IMG/VR virus record: IMGVR_UViG_3300047481_001036
Strand: one strand, 5' to 3'
Length of the DNA stretch: 64,000 bases
Source of the DNA: a virus
Part shown: one piece after another, positions 11,939 through 23,453 of the stretch
Position numbering within the stretch: position 1 is the stretch's first letter
Layout of the letters: every line of letters begins with the position of its first letter
Program-made: the position numbers and the translations under genes
Notes under the pieces: model-generated
Database searches by the model: none
What the model saw: the letters and a program-made list of their open reading frames with translations, nothing else
Told to the model about the DNA's origin: nothing

Positions 11939-12538
11939 ATGCTAACTGTAATTAAAAAACCCTATAATAGTATATTGATACAATCAGATTCTCAAAAAGA
12001 ACTTGTTTATTCTTTAATGAGATTTCAAGAGTATTATGAAAACCCTAAATTTAGACATCAAATTTTTACTATAGGAGTTTTAAAACAGTGGTATAGCCAA
12101 CAATATGGAGCAGATACTTATGCTAAAGATTGGGTAGGATTTAATTTTCCTAGTTATGTGTTAGATCCATTTAGGCAAGGACTATTTGATCCTCTTACCA
12201 AATATGAACAAGCAGTTATCGATCTGTTTAGATATAGAACCAACAATTTCTATATTATAGGTTCAAATAGTGACGAAGTAACGAAACACGAATTACACCA
12301 TGCTTTATACTATTATAGCACAGAGTATAAGACACATATTGACAAAATCTTTCAAAAATCAAAAAATTTGTCCGTTAAACAAGCAATAAGTAAACTGCTA
12401 AATAAAGGTTATCATAAAGAAGTAGTATATGATGAACTACAAGCATATATACTAGATGATGATCAAAATTTTATATCATCTATTATAGATTCTGGTATAA
12501 AAAGCAAGGTAACACGCCTCTATAATAAATACAAATGA
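11939..12538 (+). CDS. hypothetical protein with HExxH (zincin-like) motif
   Basis: RFQEYYE...KHELHHALY. Confidence 0.55.
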   Translation: MLTVIKKPYNSILIQSDSQKELVYSLMRFQEYYENPKFRHQIFTIGVLKQWYSQQYGADTYAKDWVGFNFPSYVLDPFRQGLFDPLTKYEQAVIDLFRYRTNNFYIIGSNSDEVTKHELHHALYYYSTEYKTHIDKIFQKSKNLSVKQAISKLLNKGYHKEVVYDELQAYILDDDQNFISSIIDSGIKSKVTRLYNKYK

Positions 12539-15447
12539 GTGATGATACATACAAAATATTCGATTTCGGCAATAAGTCCACATTTATTGCATCATATAAT
12601 CATAAAGATATCTGGAATATAACGATTACTAATAAAAATAAAACCACAGAATTTAATCTTAATCACAAAGAAGCCGAACAATTATATTTTCTGTTGTTAG
12701 ATACAATAGGAACACCATCAGAAAGAGAAATAATTTAATTATGGATTGTCCCAATTGCGTAACTCCGTGGAAATGCAACGGGCCTCATATAGTTCAAACT
12801 TCAAGTGGGTATTATTCTAGTACTGATGGTATTTTTATTAAAGAATCTAATGAATGGAAATTTATTCCTAATGAAAAAAGTTTTTGTGGACATCATCTAC
12901 TAGATATTGTTGATATATTAAATGTACTAAATAAAAGAGAATCAAAATATAAAAGTCAAAAGAAAAGATTAGAAGCGTTACAAAAACTAAGTGATTTAGA
13001 TCAAGAACTAGGATTAATGTAATGAAAACTGGATCAGTAGTTGTATTTGAACCAAAAAATTTTAATCCAGAATTTTGGAAACAATTTCCAGAAAAAGATA
13101 AGATTAAATATTATGGGTCTTTGGGTTACGGTTCAGACAGGAAAAAGTTTTTTGTATTTTTAACAGAAATTCATGCTGCTCCCGGTCATTGTTTGTTGGT
13201 TGATCTTGATGATGGTCATATAGAAACTATGAGACACATGGCAGATTTTAGAGAAGTATTACAGGACGAGTTTTGATTATGAGAAAAAGAAAAACCACTA
13301 GTGCTGCTAAAAAACCGCGATTCAACTGTGATGTTGATGGCGGCATCATGGTTACTTGTGCATTACGATACTCTCTTGGGAGGATGACTTATGTACCAGC
13401 AGCAGTTCAAGATTGGATAAAAACTTATTGGGATGACCTTGATAGTCATACTAAGTTTAATGTAGTGAGAGATGTATTTCAACACCTACATGAAAATTAT
13501 CGCATCAGAAATGACGCACAGTTTGTAGATGTTGTTAGCGATTATGATGCTAAAGAATGGGAAAAGTTTGGTATTGACAGATATTGGGCCTTAAGTTATG
13601 ATGAGCGAAAGAGCATTGATATGTACTTGGGAAGCCAAAGAAATAATGCTAAGTGGCTAACAATTTGGATGCCCAAACTTTACGAGAATCGCCATGAACT
13701 TTGAACAAGCAAGAGAACTATCCTTTCTGGTCAAGTGGAAAGCCATCGAATGTTTTAGTGGGCCAGAATGTTGGTGCAGAATCATAGTTCCTGTTGAGCC
13801 AATATATTATAGTCATCCAGAAAATCCAGATAACAAACATGAATATTCTATTGTTGACGCTGGGGCATTAGATCAACAGACCGCCGAATATATTGTGCGA
13901 ATTCATAACGAAAACTATGATAGAGTTCAGCAAAGTCTTAAACAAGAGTGGGATGGACTAAATACTGGGCCTAGAAGTATTAGCACTATAGAAATGAACG
14001 AAATGGTTGAAACTTTTGAAAAATTGTGGGAAAATAAACAGAGTAAAATTGGTAAAATAATAAGAAAAGAGATAGATTAAAATGAGTTGGAATCATCGTG
14101 TAATTCGTAGAACTTATTCTGATACTCATATGTATGAGATTCACGAGGTTTACTATGATAAAAAAGGAAAGATTAATGGTCTGACTGAAGAACCTATAAG
14201 AATTAGTGAAGAAACTGTGGGCGATCTAAGAAAAACGGTCGAGCGATTGACAAAGTGTTTGGAGAGTCCTATAATTGACTACGACACGTTACAGGAAATC
14301 AAGGAATAAGTAATGGATATTGGTTGGCAATATAGAATTGTTCAGAAAGATACTAAATGGGGTTTTCATCATGTATTTATTGATGAGAATGGAGACATCT
14401 CTAATATTAGTGATATGCCAGCTATTTGGTCAGATTCTATAGAAGGTTTACTCAAAGAACAAAATTTAATGCAAAAGGCGTGGGATTATCCTACAATAGA
14501 TTATAATACTGGAGAAGAACTTAAATCCAATGATTGACGAAAAATCAAAAGAGTTAATCCTTGAGGTTATGAAATTATGTAATGAAAAAATCCAAGACCA
14601 AAAAAAACATGAAAGTAGTGCTGGATATGGTGAGGATTATACTGATGGAAGAATAGTTGGTGGTGCTGCGTTGGCACGACGAATTTTGGATATACTAAAA
14701 GAGTTTCAATTCTAAGAAAGAGGATTATTTATGAAGAGTAGTAGTTATTTTATTATGGCCGCATTTGCAAGTTTTGTTTTTAGTGTTACTCTATGGTTTC
14801 TAGGAGATACTGATCTTAATAAGCAGCAAGCTATCTTTGTTGGTCTATGGGTTCCATCAATTCTTTCCCTTGGTAATCTTCTCAAATGAATAACTTTGTT
14901 ATTTTTACCGTAGGCTTGATAGTAACCCTCATAACAGCTATGGGGGTTCTTACAAGTACGGTTTTTGTTGCATATAAACAAGCAGAGCCTATAAAAACAA
15001 GTGGTGAATTAACACCCGCCCCTTAGTTGATCGCAAGGGGTAGCGTCCTGAGCCTCTGTTCATCTATTGTAGGGATTTCCCTCTCGATGTTCAATAATGG
15101 GGGCGCTTTCAATACAACAAAGGAGAAAAATTATGGCAGAATCAGTATCAGTTTTAGCAAAAGAATTCGTAGATGGCTTGAAAGCAAAGATAGATCTAAA
15201 TGATACTATAGAAGTTTTCGATTCACAAAAATATGATATATCAGATGATTCTTTCACTGGGGTTTATGGTTGGACTAATCTTGATACTGATACTCCTGTT
15301 GGACATTCTATAGAGTGGAAAAAAGACACTCATTCTGTTACAGATGTTATGGAGGAAATCAAGAATCAACTACAAAATGAATATAATGGAAAAATTAAAC
15401 CTTTAAGAGATGGTGTTCATCTTGTGTTAACAAGGATAAAAGAGTGA
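12535..15447 (+). other. hypothetical ORFs (12535-12738, 12741-13022, 13022-13276, 13273-13704, 13694-14080, 14082-14309, 14313-14537, 14530-14715, two small membrane ORFs ~14730-15026, 15133-15447)
   Basis: Co-oriented coupled ORFs; 14082 and 14313 look like tandem paralogs (WxYR/WNHR...H.V..D..G.I). Confidence 0.75.
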
Positions 15448-16808
15448 TAAGTGGAAAAACATTAATTGATTTAGGATATCAACCGTCTAAATGGTTTAGT
15501 TCTGTCATAGAGTATGCTAATACTAATGATCTTAATACAGAACAATTGCATAACCATATAAGTTCAATACTTCCTAAAGTTGTTGAACCATTGTCTAATC
15601 CTATAGATTTTCACAAAAATATTCTGGCCGACAATGAGCATGAGTTGAAAAATATAAAGTCTGTTTATGAGGCTATGAACTCTTTGCTCACAATACCCAC
15701 AGCAGTAGATGCTGCGGTAATGCCAGATGCTTGTCCTACAGGTAAAGATGAAATTCCTGTGGGTGGGATAATAGCAACTAAAAATGCTATTCATCCTCGT
15801 ATGCACAGTGCGGATATATGCTGTTCAGTTATGGCTACTGATTTAGGACATACCGATCCTAGAAAAGTAATGGATGTTGCTTTTGAAACTACTCATTTTG
15901 GAATAGGCGGAAGAGATAGAAACGATCAATTAATAAGACTTCCTCTTGATCTTAAAGAGAAAATACAAAGCAACTATTATCTGAATAGTGATAAAAGTTT
16001 AAAGTATGCTCATAGTCACCTTGGTACTCAGGGTGATGGTAATCATTTTCTGTTTGTTGGAATAAGCAAGAGTAATAATCATACTTACTTAGTTACTCAT
16101 CATGGTAGCAGAGGATTCGGGGCCAATCTTTACAATGAAGGAGTATACAAAGCTGAATCTTTCCGCAAAGAAATAGCCCCCAATGTTAGTAGTAAAAATG
16201 CGTGGATTCCTTTTGATACTAAAGAGGGTCAGGATTATTGGGAGGCTCTTCAGATAGTACGAGAATGGACAAAAGTAAATCATGAATCTTTACATGACTC
16301 TATAAGAAATAAGGTTAAGGGTTCTGTATATTCAGAAAGATTCTGGAATGAACATAATTTTGTATTTAAGAAAGATGATGTATTCTATCATGCCAAGGGG
16401 GCTACTCCTATGGATGATAGTTTTGTTCCAGACTCATACAATGGGCTTAGACTTATTCCTTTAAACATGAGCCAACCTATACTGGTAGTAAAAGGTTTAG
16501 AAAACAATAATGGTCTTGGATTTGCTCCTCATGGTGCTGGACGCAACTTTAGTAGATCAGAACATAAAAGAAATAGATTAGTTGACAAAACATCGGAAGA
16601 ATTATTCTACGAGGAAACAACTGGTCTTGACGTTAGATTTTTTTCTGGTAAGATAGACATAAGTGAGTTGCCTAGTGCTTACAAAAATGCCGAAAAAATC
16701 AAACAACAAATTAGTCATTTTAATCTAGGAACAGTTGTAGATGAAATAGAACCCTATGGGTGTATCATGGCGGGACATATAGAAAAGCCGTGGAGAAAAA
16801 AGAAATGA
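15444..16808 (+). CDS. rtcB: RNA ligase RtcB family
   Basis: MPDAC, SADICCS, LGTQGDGNHF, HHGSRG, HNF, HAKGA, PHGAGR, ELPSAYK motifs. Confidence 0.93.
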   Translation: MISGKTLIDLGYQPSKWFSSVIEYANTNDLNTEQLHNHISSILPKVVEPLSNPIDFHKNILADNEHELKNIKSVYEAMNSLLTIPTAVDAAVMPDACPTGKDEIPVGGIIATKNAIHPRMHSADICCSVMATDLGHTDPRKVMDVAFETTHFGIGGRDRNDQLIRLPLDLKEKIQSNYYLNSDKSLKYAHSHLGTQGDGNHFLFVGISKSNNHTYLVTHHGSRGFGANLYNEGVYKAESFRKEIAPNVSSKNAWIPFDTKEGQDYWEALQIVREWTKVNHESLHDSIRNKVKGSVYSERFWNEHNFVFKKDDVFYHAKGATPMDDSFVPDSYNGLRLIPLNMSQPILVVKGLENNNGLGFAPHGAGRNFSRSEHKRNRLVDKTSEELFYEETTGLDVRFFSGKIDISELPSAYKNAEKIKQQISHFNLGTVVDEIEPYGCIMAGHIEKPWRKKK

Positions 16809-17029
16809 ATCCTTTATTGAAAATGCTTATTAGCGGAATACTTGCAACATCGGTTTCGATTATTCTTACGCTTATCTATTATTATGCTTGTTATATTCTT
16901 GTGATGTATTTTAAATATAATTACGGAAACGACAACTATTGGGTATTTGGTCATTGTTTTGTTTTGCTTATTATCTCTTGGATATTTAGCTTCGGATTCT
17001 TTGCTTCAACAATAGGAGATAATTTGTGA
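16805..17029 (+). CDS. small membrane protein
   Basis: Two hydrophobic segments. Confidence 0.6.
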   Translation: MNPLLKMLISGILATSVSIILTLIYYYACYILVMYFKYNYGNDNYWVFGHCFVLLIISWIFSFGFFASTIGDNL

Positions 17030-17322
17030 AAGGTCCGTTAATTTATTACGAAATTAAAGATATGTATGGTACAGACTTGTCTAGTACGAAATTATCATCA
17101 GAATTACGCAAGAGTGTGCTAGAAGAAATTGATCTGGGTTTTAATGTTGAGATTGATTTCAAAGGAGTTAGATCTATTAGTAATGGTTGGGCTAGAAACC
17201 TAATAGGCGTTATCGTAAAAGAAAAAGGTGAAAGTTTTGTCAAAAATCATATTTTACTTAGTAATATGAACAAAGGTGTTAGACAAACAATCTTAGAAGG
17301 AACATCGGAAATACTAACATGA
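17026..17322 (+). CDS. STAS-like domain protein (DUF4325-like)
   Basis: L.S....LR...VEIDFKGVRSISNGWA..LIG pattern. Confidence 0.7.
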   Translation: MKGPLIYYEIKDMYGTDLSSTKLSSELRKSVLEEIDLGFNVEIDFKGVRSISNGWARNLIGVIVKEKGESFVKNHILLSNMNKGVRQTILEGTSEILT

Positions 17323-17541
17323 CATTTGAAGAATTTCAAACCAAAATAGACGATACGTTTATGGCTAATCAACCACCAAAAGTTCTTGCTACTAATCGGT
17401 GGAGATATGGTCAAACAATAATGAATGTTTTACACGATGTTTGGCATCAAAAATATCTTGAAATTAGCGATTCAGATATGGATTGTTTTTATACTAATTG
17501 TAATGTTGCTATAGTTTTGAATAAACTAGAAAAAGAGTGGC

Positions 17542-18564
17542 ATGAGAAAGTTAGCTAGTATACAAAAGATCAAATATGTTAAACCTATACCGGATGCTGA
17601 TAGTATAGAAACTGTCGGAATTTTAGGTTGGGAGTGCGTTAGCAATAAAGGAGAATTTCAACCAGATGATCTTTGTGTTTATTTTGAGATAGACTCCTTA
17701 CTACCAGAGATTCCAGAGTTTGAGTTTCTACGCAAAAGTTGTTGGAATGATTCTCTCAAAAAGTTTAGACTCAAAACAATAAAACTACGCAAACAACTAA
17801 GTCAGGGTTTAGCATTACCAATAAGTGTATTTCCTAAACTAGCAGAGTTGGCCGTTGGAGATGATGTTAGTGAACTATTAGGAATAGAAAAATATGAGCC
17901 ACCAATTCCGGCAGCAATAGTTGGTGATGCAAGAAGGTTCTTGTGGCCTATTAGTAAAACTGATGAGGTTAGGGTTCAGTTAGATGATGAATATAAGTTC
18001 ATTGAGACTCTCACAGGGCGACCATACTACATTAGTTTAAAACTAGATGGTACGAGCAGCACCTTTTTAATCGACCCCTCAGACGAGACTTTTCACGTTT
18101 GTGGGCGAAATTTTAGCTACCAAAACAAAAAAGAGCATAGTTTTTGGCAAATAGCTGAAAGGTACAATATTGAGCAGGGATTAAGAGACTTGTGGAATGA
18201 GGGCAGAAAAATTGCTATACAGGGAGAGGTTGTTGCTCCCGGTGTGCAAAAAAACCCACTAGGTTTACCAATAGCAGATTTGTATGTTTTTAATGTTGTA
18301 GATATTCCTACTAATACTAAATTGTGTTTGGATGATAGTTTGAGTATTGTTGAGCGATTAGGTTTAAAATTTGTGCCGGTACTTGAAAAAGGTGAAAGTT
18401 TCGGGTATACTGTAGACGATCTATTGGAACTGGCACAGGGCAAATATGTTCAACACTTCTTATCTGCTAAACCCTCTCAAGAAAGAGAAGGAATAGTAAT
18501 AAGGGACATTTTTGGAACAGTTAGTTTTAAGGCTATTAATAATCAATTTCTATTGAAGGAATAA
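17542..18564 (+). CDS. ATP-dependent RNA ligase, DRB0094/Rnl5-like
   Basis: N-terminal RKLASIQ..IPDAD.IE..VYFEIDS; KLDGTS motif I, QGE, EREGIV, FKAINNQFL. Confidence 0.9.
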   Translation: MRKLASIQKIKYVKPIPDADSIETVGILGWECVSNKGEFQPDDLCVYFEIDSLLPEIPEFEFLRKSCWNDSLKKFRLKTIKLRKQLSQGLALPISVFPKLAELAVGDDVSELLGIEKYEPPIPAAIVGDARRFLWPISKTDEVRVQLDDEYKFIETLTGRPYYISLKLDGTSSTFLIDPSDETFHVCGRNFSYQNKKEHSFWQIAERYNIEQGLRDLWNEGRKIAIQGEVVAPGVQKNPLGLPIADLYVFNVVDIPTNTKLCLDDSLSIVERLGLKFVPVLEKGESFGYTVDDLLELAQGKYVQHFLSAKPSQEREGIVIRDIFGTVSFKAINNQFLLKE

Positions 18565-18565
18565 T

Positions 18566-19782
18566 ATGAAGCAATATAAAGCTGGCCTTGGTCTTTTCCT
18601 TACGATCTTGATAGTCGCACTAATTTTTATAGTGATCGGCCCGTTCATTCAAATCTGGGCAGTTAATACTCTATTCAAAACAACCGTAGAATACTCTTGG
18701 TTGAATTGGGCTTGTGTTATTATTCTTAATAGTAGTATTAGTGCATTTTCTTATAAGGGAAAGTAATGAACTATTTTCCTATAGAAGATAATAATAGTAA
18801 TTTTGGTTTGGTAGAGATTAAAACTACTAATAATTGTAACCCAACCCCTCATTGCAAAATACACGGGGCTATGAATTGTGTTGCTGTTCATAAGAATGGT
18901 AAGTTATGGCGATGTATACAAAGTAATCAATTAAAAGATTGCAGAGCAGGATGTGAGGAAAAATATGAATAGTTTCCTAAAAGGATTTTTTAGTCTATTC
19001 GATTGGACTAGTCCTAAAAGTCTGGATGAAAGTATTAATGATCTTGACAATCAGATGCAAGACTTGTATGATCGAATGGGTTGGGGAGAATATAAAAAAC
19101 CTTCACCTATGAGCGGCTGGAACGATGCCTGCGATTTTAATAGGGTATTAGAAACAAATCAAGATTTAGTCAATGATATTTATGGATATAATTTTAGAAA
19201 AATAGTTACCAAAGAGTTTCATAAACCTATGATAAAAGATCCAGCAAGACCCAGGGTTCATAAATACTATGATAGATAATAATAAGATCACTATAACAAC
19301 TTCACAACAATTTTTAGACCAGATGATGAAATTGGTTCCATCCGGCTGTTTCCAGCCTTATGCTTATTATAATCAGGATATAGATGCTATAGAATGTTAT
19401 TTTAAAGATGAAAATTGTTACACTAAAACTTTAAATGATACGATAGAATTACATTTATCATTTGACAATGAACAGGTGGTTGGGGTAAATATTCTTGGTA
19501 TTAAAAAATTGATGCAAGATAAGGTGGGTTTAAATGAATAATCTTATACAAAAATGGATAATCTATCATCCTAGAACACAAAGTTTTATTACTGGTAGTC
19601 CATTTAATTATACCAAAAATCCTGAATTGGCAAGGATTTATAATAATTACTCAGACGCCATAATGGCTTGTAATAATCACTACAATAAGGAAGAAAAAGA
19701 GTTTGGAGAAGGACATCATCCGGTAGAATTACGCTTTCATTTTAATCCTAAAACCTTGAATAAAGTAAAAGAAGATGACTAA
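18566..19782 (+). other. hypothetical ORFs (18566-18766, 18766-18972, 18965-19279, 19269-19541, 19534-19782)
   Basis: Co-oriented coupled ORFs. Confidence 0.75.
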
Positions 19783-19957
19783 ACTAACTAATAATGAAAT
19801 AGATATTTTACAGGCACTAATTCAAAAAAGACTTAATGAAATGGGCGACTCTCCAGAAGGAGCAGAAGTTTATTTTAAACCAGAGATTTTAGCAAAGATA
19901 AGAAACAAACTAGACAAGATGCTATTTCAGTGAAAGGAGAAAATAATAAGTGATATC

Positions 19958-20531
19958 ATGATATATTTCACATCTGATACTCACTTTGGTTAGCCTTCGG
20001 GCTAACTAAGGTCATAATAATATAATCAAGCATTGTAATCGTCCATTTGATAATGTTCATATAATGGATCAAGTTATACTCGACAGAATAAATGAAACTG
20101 TGGGGGCTGATGATACTCTGTATATACTGGGCGATTTTTGTTTCAGAGGCAAGAAACCTATAGAATATCGTTCACGAATAGTTTGTCAGAATATTTTCCT
20201 CATAAGAGGCAACCACGATAAACTGTCTGATTATAATGATAATCTTCAAGGTTTTATTTCGATAGAAGAAGCCAAAGAAATAATATATTGTAATCAAAGA
20301 ATATATCTACTTCACTACCCTTGTCGTTCGTGGCCCGCCTCTCATAAGGGCAGTTATCATCTGTATGCTCATTGTCATGGCAAACTAGATCATGAAGATA
20401 AAGAGTCAAAACGAAAAACTCTGGACGTTGGTGTTGACAATACTGTAAATTACAATAAGCCGTTTGGAGAGCCGTGGAGTTTCAAGGAAATACAAAAACT
20501 GTTCAATAGTAAGGATAAAAATGAACGATAA
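19958..20531 (+). CDS. metallophosphoesterase interrupted by a 22-nt coding gap (segments 19958-19990 and 20013-20531)
   Basis: MIYFTSDTHFG + HNNIIKHCNRPF... joins into the canonical N-terminus; downstream LGDF, RGNHD, LHYP, HCHG, DVGVD motifs. Confidence 0.85.
19986..20012 (+). promoter_or_regulatory. putative translational bypass (hop) element, T4 gene 60-like
   Basis: GGT(take-off)-TAG inside a 10-bp stem with cUUCGg loop, followed by a matching GGT landing codon. Confidence 0.75.
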
Positions 20532-20814
20532 AGAATTCCTTAACTGGATTATTACCAGACTAACTAATATGTTTGGAGATGATCCTAACGCTGATTTCAT
20601 CCATAGGCTCCGTAATATCGCTAATAAATCAGAAGAACTATCATTAAGAATAAAGTTAGGCGATTTATTTGACGAAACTAAGGTCGATACTTGGCTACAC
20701 AAACCCAATAAAGCATTTGATAATAAGCGACCAATAGATTTAATTCATGAAGGAAATACCGACCCCATATATAAAATGATTTATATTTGGGAAAGCGGGG
20801 AGCCGTTGCTATGA
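20521..20814 (+). CDS. Xre/MbcA/ParS antitoxin C-terminal-like domain protein
   Basis: F.....WLHKPNKAFDNKRPIDLI..G signature. Confidence 0.75.
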   Translation: MNDKEFLNWIITRLTNMFGDDPNADFIHRLRNIANKSEELSLRIKLGDLFDETKVDTWLHKPNKAFDNKRPIDLIHEGNTDPIYKMIYIWESGEPLL

Positions 20815-22641
20815 ACCAAAACGACTTTAACAAATTGCTTTTAATCCGCAAACTGCTTAAAGAAGCATACGATCATGTTTTTCATAATGATCCTGACTGT
20901 GGGCATAAAAGCCAAGAGGGTCATATTAGCGTAGAGTTTGGCAATTATTGGGAAGATAAAAAATGTGAAATGAAAATTACATCAATCAGTATTTATAGTT
21001 ATGTTTTTGGTCATACTAGAACTCATTGTTATTACACTCTTGATGAGGCATTAGAGGTTGTAAAAGAGTGGCACAAAAACGAAATGAATACAGACTATGC
21101 TGAACAACGCAGACTAGAAAAAGAATATAATGAGAAACATTATCCTCAAGGTTATTTGATTAATCCAGATATTAAACTGAAGAAAGATTATTGGGGTGGC
21201 CCATCTATCGAATCTTGACAAATTGCTCACTAGTGCTAGAATAAGGTAACATTCGTCATCAACCACAAGGAAAAATTATGAATCTTTTCATTAAGGCTCT
21301 TCAAGATCATTATGCCGCTCAAATCAGCGAGGCAGTTGCTACTCTTAATGTTTATCTAAATGCTAGTGTTGGGGTTGGAGAACACCCAGATCTTCTTACA
21401 GAAATTAAAAAGTATGTAGATTTGCTTGATGATGCTGACGGTAAGTTGGAAACACTCAATAAGTATATGAAAGATACTTCTCCCGAAAAGACAGAATCAC
21501 AAACTAAGGAGTAACTTATGAAAGACCGTTTTAATCTTGAAGAAGAAATTAGTATCATTCATACTTTTGCCGATCAGTTGGGTACTCTTAGCGAAGGTAT
21601 TCTTGAACATGAACTAACCAATGATGAAATTGTAAATGTAATTGAGGGTATGAGAGTGATGCTAAATCTTCATGCTCAAAAGTTACACGATACTATGGCT
21701 CAGTGTTTTCATTTGGATAACTACAAAGACTCTCATTTTTCATCTATTAAAGATCTAGGCTAATGATAATTAGAGTCGATATTAAAACAGATTGTTCTGA
21801 TTGTCTATACTATAAAGATAACAGAGAATGGTCTGTAATTCATAAATCTAAAACTAGATTAAGTGAATATGAAAGAGAAGAACTGTTAAAAACTATTAAT
21901 TTTGATCCTGCTAAGGATAGTGTCTATTTATATAGAATGATTCATCCAGACGGATCTGTTTCTCTTGTTTCTTCAATAAATAAAGCAATAGGTAAATTAT
22001 CTTGTAGAAAGTGTGCTTAATATGCTTAAAGCATTGGCCGAGAATGTAAAAGTTGGAGATATTGTCTACAATCTTTTTATGCAAAAGTTGGTGGTTGGTT
22101 CTATAAGCCAAGGCGATAACAATATAGTTTTTACCGTTGTTGATACCGGATTAAATCCTCATGCATACTCATATGAGGATATTTATCTTGAGGATTTTTA
22201 TGGTGAGAGCGATGAAGAAAAAAATTGGATAAATTGGGCTAAAAATAATAAAGAATTTATTAATACATTTGATCACTTGTCAACAATAAAATGGATATAT
22301 CAACAAGGTTTTGCTGATGGTTTTGTTTATCGTAAAAAAATCTCTTTTGAAGAAATGATGCAAAAATAATGTTGTGGTCGCACATAAGGTCTTGGGCTAA
22401 AGAAAAAGGATATAAGTCTGATAGGACTAAATTAAGCAAAGATACTGATGAAGAAGAGACACATTATCTATATAAATGGTCTAAAATTAGCGATGAATCA
22501 ATAAATGGTGAGGCTAGTAGTGTATCTAAACTAGCCAAAGCTATTTTTAATCATATAACTAATAATGCTCACATAGAGTATCAGATGGAATATCTTTCTA
22601 AATTAGAATCCGAAGATATAAACTATGAAAAACCAATTTGA
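20811..22641 (+). other. hypothetical ORFs (20811-21218, 21278-21514, 21518-21763, 21763-22020, 22013-22369, 22369-22641)
   Basis: Co-oriented ORFs; 21278 has the VGVGEHPD motif seen in T4-like phage hypotheticals. Confidence 0.75.
21215..21242 (+). promoter_or_regulatory. sigma70-type promoter
   Basis: TTGACA-16nt-TAGAAT with TG extension. Confidence 0.7.
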
Positions 22642-22778
22642 GTCCGAAAAGACACAAAAGCAATGTGTAACAATTAGTATAAGTAGCATCATTGCGTCTA
22701 TAATTAATGGTATCATCTCCTATATTGCTGCTTATTTTTTCCAGCCAGTTTGGACTAAATTAGTAAGGTGGTGGAAGA

Positions 22779-23453
22779 ATGAGATCTGATATTATCATTA
22801 TTAGTGATATACATTTAGGTTCTCATATTTGCCAACACGACAAAATTCTACATTTTTTACAAAGTATTGAATTTCGTACTAATCATTTAATTATTAATGG
22901 AGATTTGTTTGATAATTGGAATTTTACCAGACTAAGCCATAATCATTGGAAAATTTTAAAAACTATACGCAAAGCTTCTGAAAAAATACATACTACATGG
23001 ATAGCAGGAAATCATGATGGGCCAGCAGATATTATATCTCAGTTATTGAATATAGAATTTATAGAAGAATATAGATTTAATAATGGTGAAAAGGAATTTA
23101 TAGTTTTACATGGAGATATCTTTGACGAATACGTATCCAAATATCCTCGGTTGGCTAAATTAGCAGATTTCTTTTATCGGATTGTGCAAAAACTAGATCC
23201 ATCCTTGTACTTAGCAAGAAAGTTAAAAAGAAGTAGCAAAACCTTTTTAAGAGCGATAGAAAAAGTAGAAAAACGAGCATTAGAATATTGTAAACATCGA
23301 AATGCTAATGTTATTTGCGTTGGTCATACTCATCATCCAACATCTGTTGATTTGGGATATATTGAATACTATAATAGTGGGTCGTGGACTGATACCGTGT
23401 GTACTTATTTAACTATAACTAATGGAAAAGTTAATCTGGTGACATATGAATGA
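22779..23453 (+). CDS. LpxH-like (UDP-2,3-diacylglucosamine diphosphatase family) metallophosphoesterase
   Basis: ISDIHLG, NGDLFD, GNHD, LHGDIFD, GHTH, YYNSGSW. Confidence 0.85.
   Translation: MRSDIIIISDIHLGSHICQHDKILHFLQSIEFRTNHLIINGDLFDNWNFTRLSHNHWKILKTIRKASEKIHTTWIAGNHDGPADIISQLLNIEFIEEYRFNNGEKEFIVLHGDIFDEYVSKYPRLAKLADFFYRIVQKLDPSLYLARKLKRSSKTFLRAIEKVEKRALEYCKHRNANVICVGHTHHPTSVDLGYIEYYNSGSWTDTVCTYLTITNGKVNLVTYE

Noticed and set aside
15005-15085. Twister ribozyme resemblance (TAACAC...GTCCTGAGCC)
   Set aside because: I could not build the P2 and P4 pairings or the 3' GAG element convincingly; kept only as an unclassified structure.
19991-20012. The insert as a terminator, an intron or evidence of TAG recoding
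   Set aside because: It has no U-tract and is too short for a self-splicing intron. Readthrough would meet TAA in frame and never reach the +1 frame, and TAG ends many other genes normally.
20064-20531. ORF-track start at 20064 as the true gene
   Set aside because: It lacks the DxH motif I, which is encoded upstream across the 22-nt gap.
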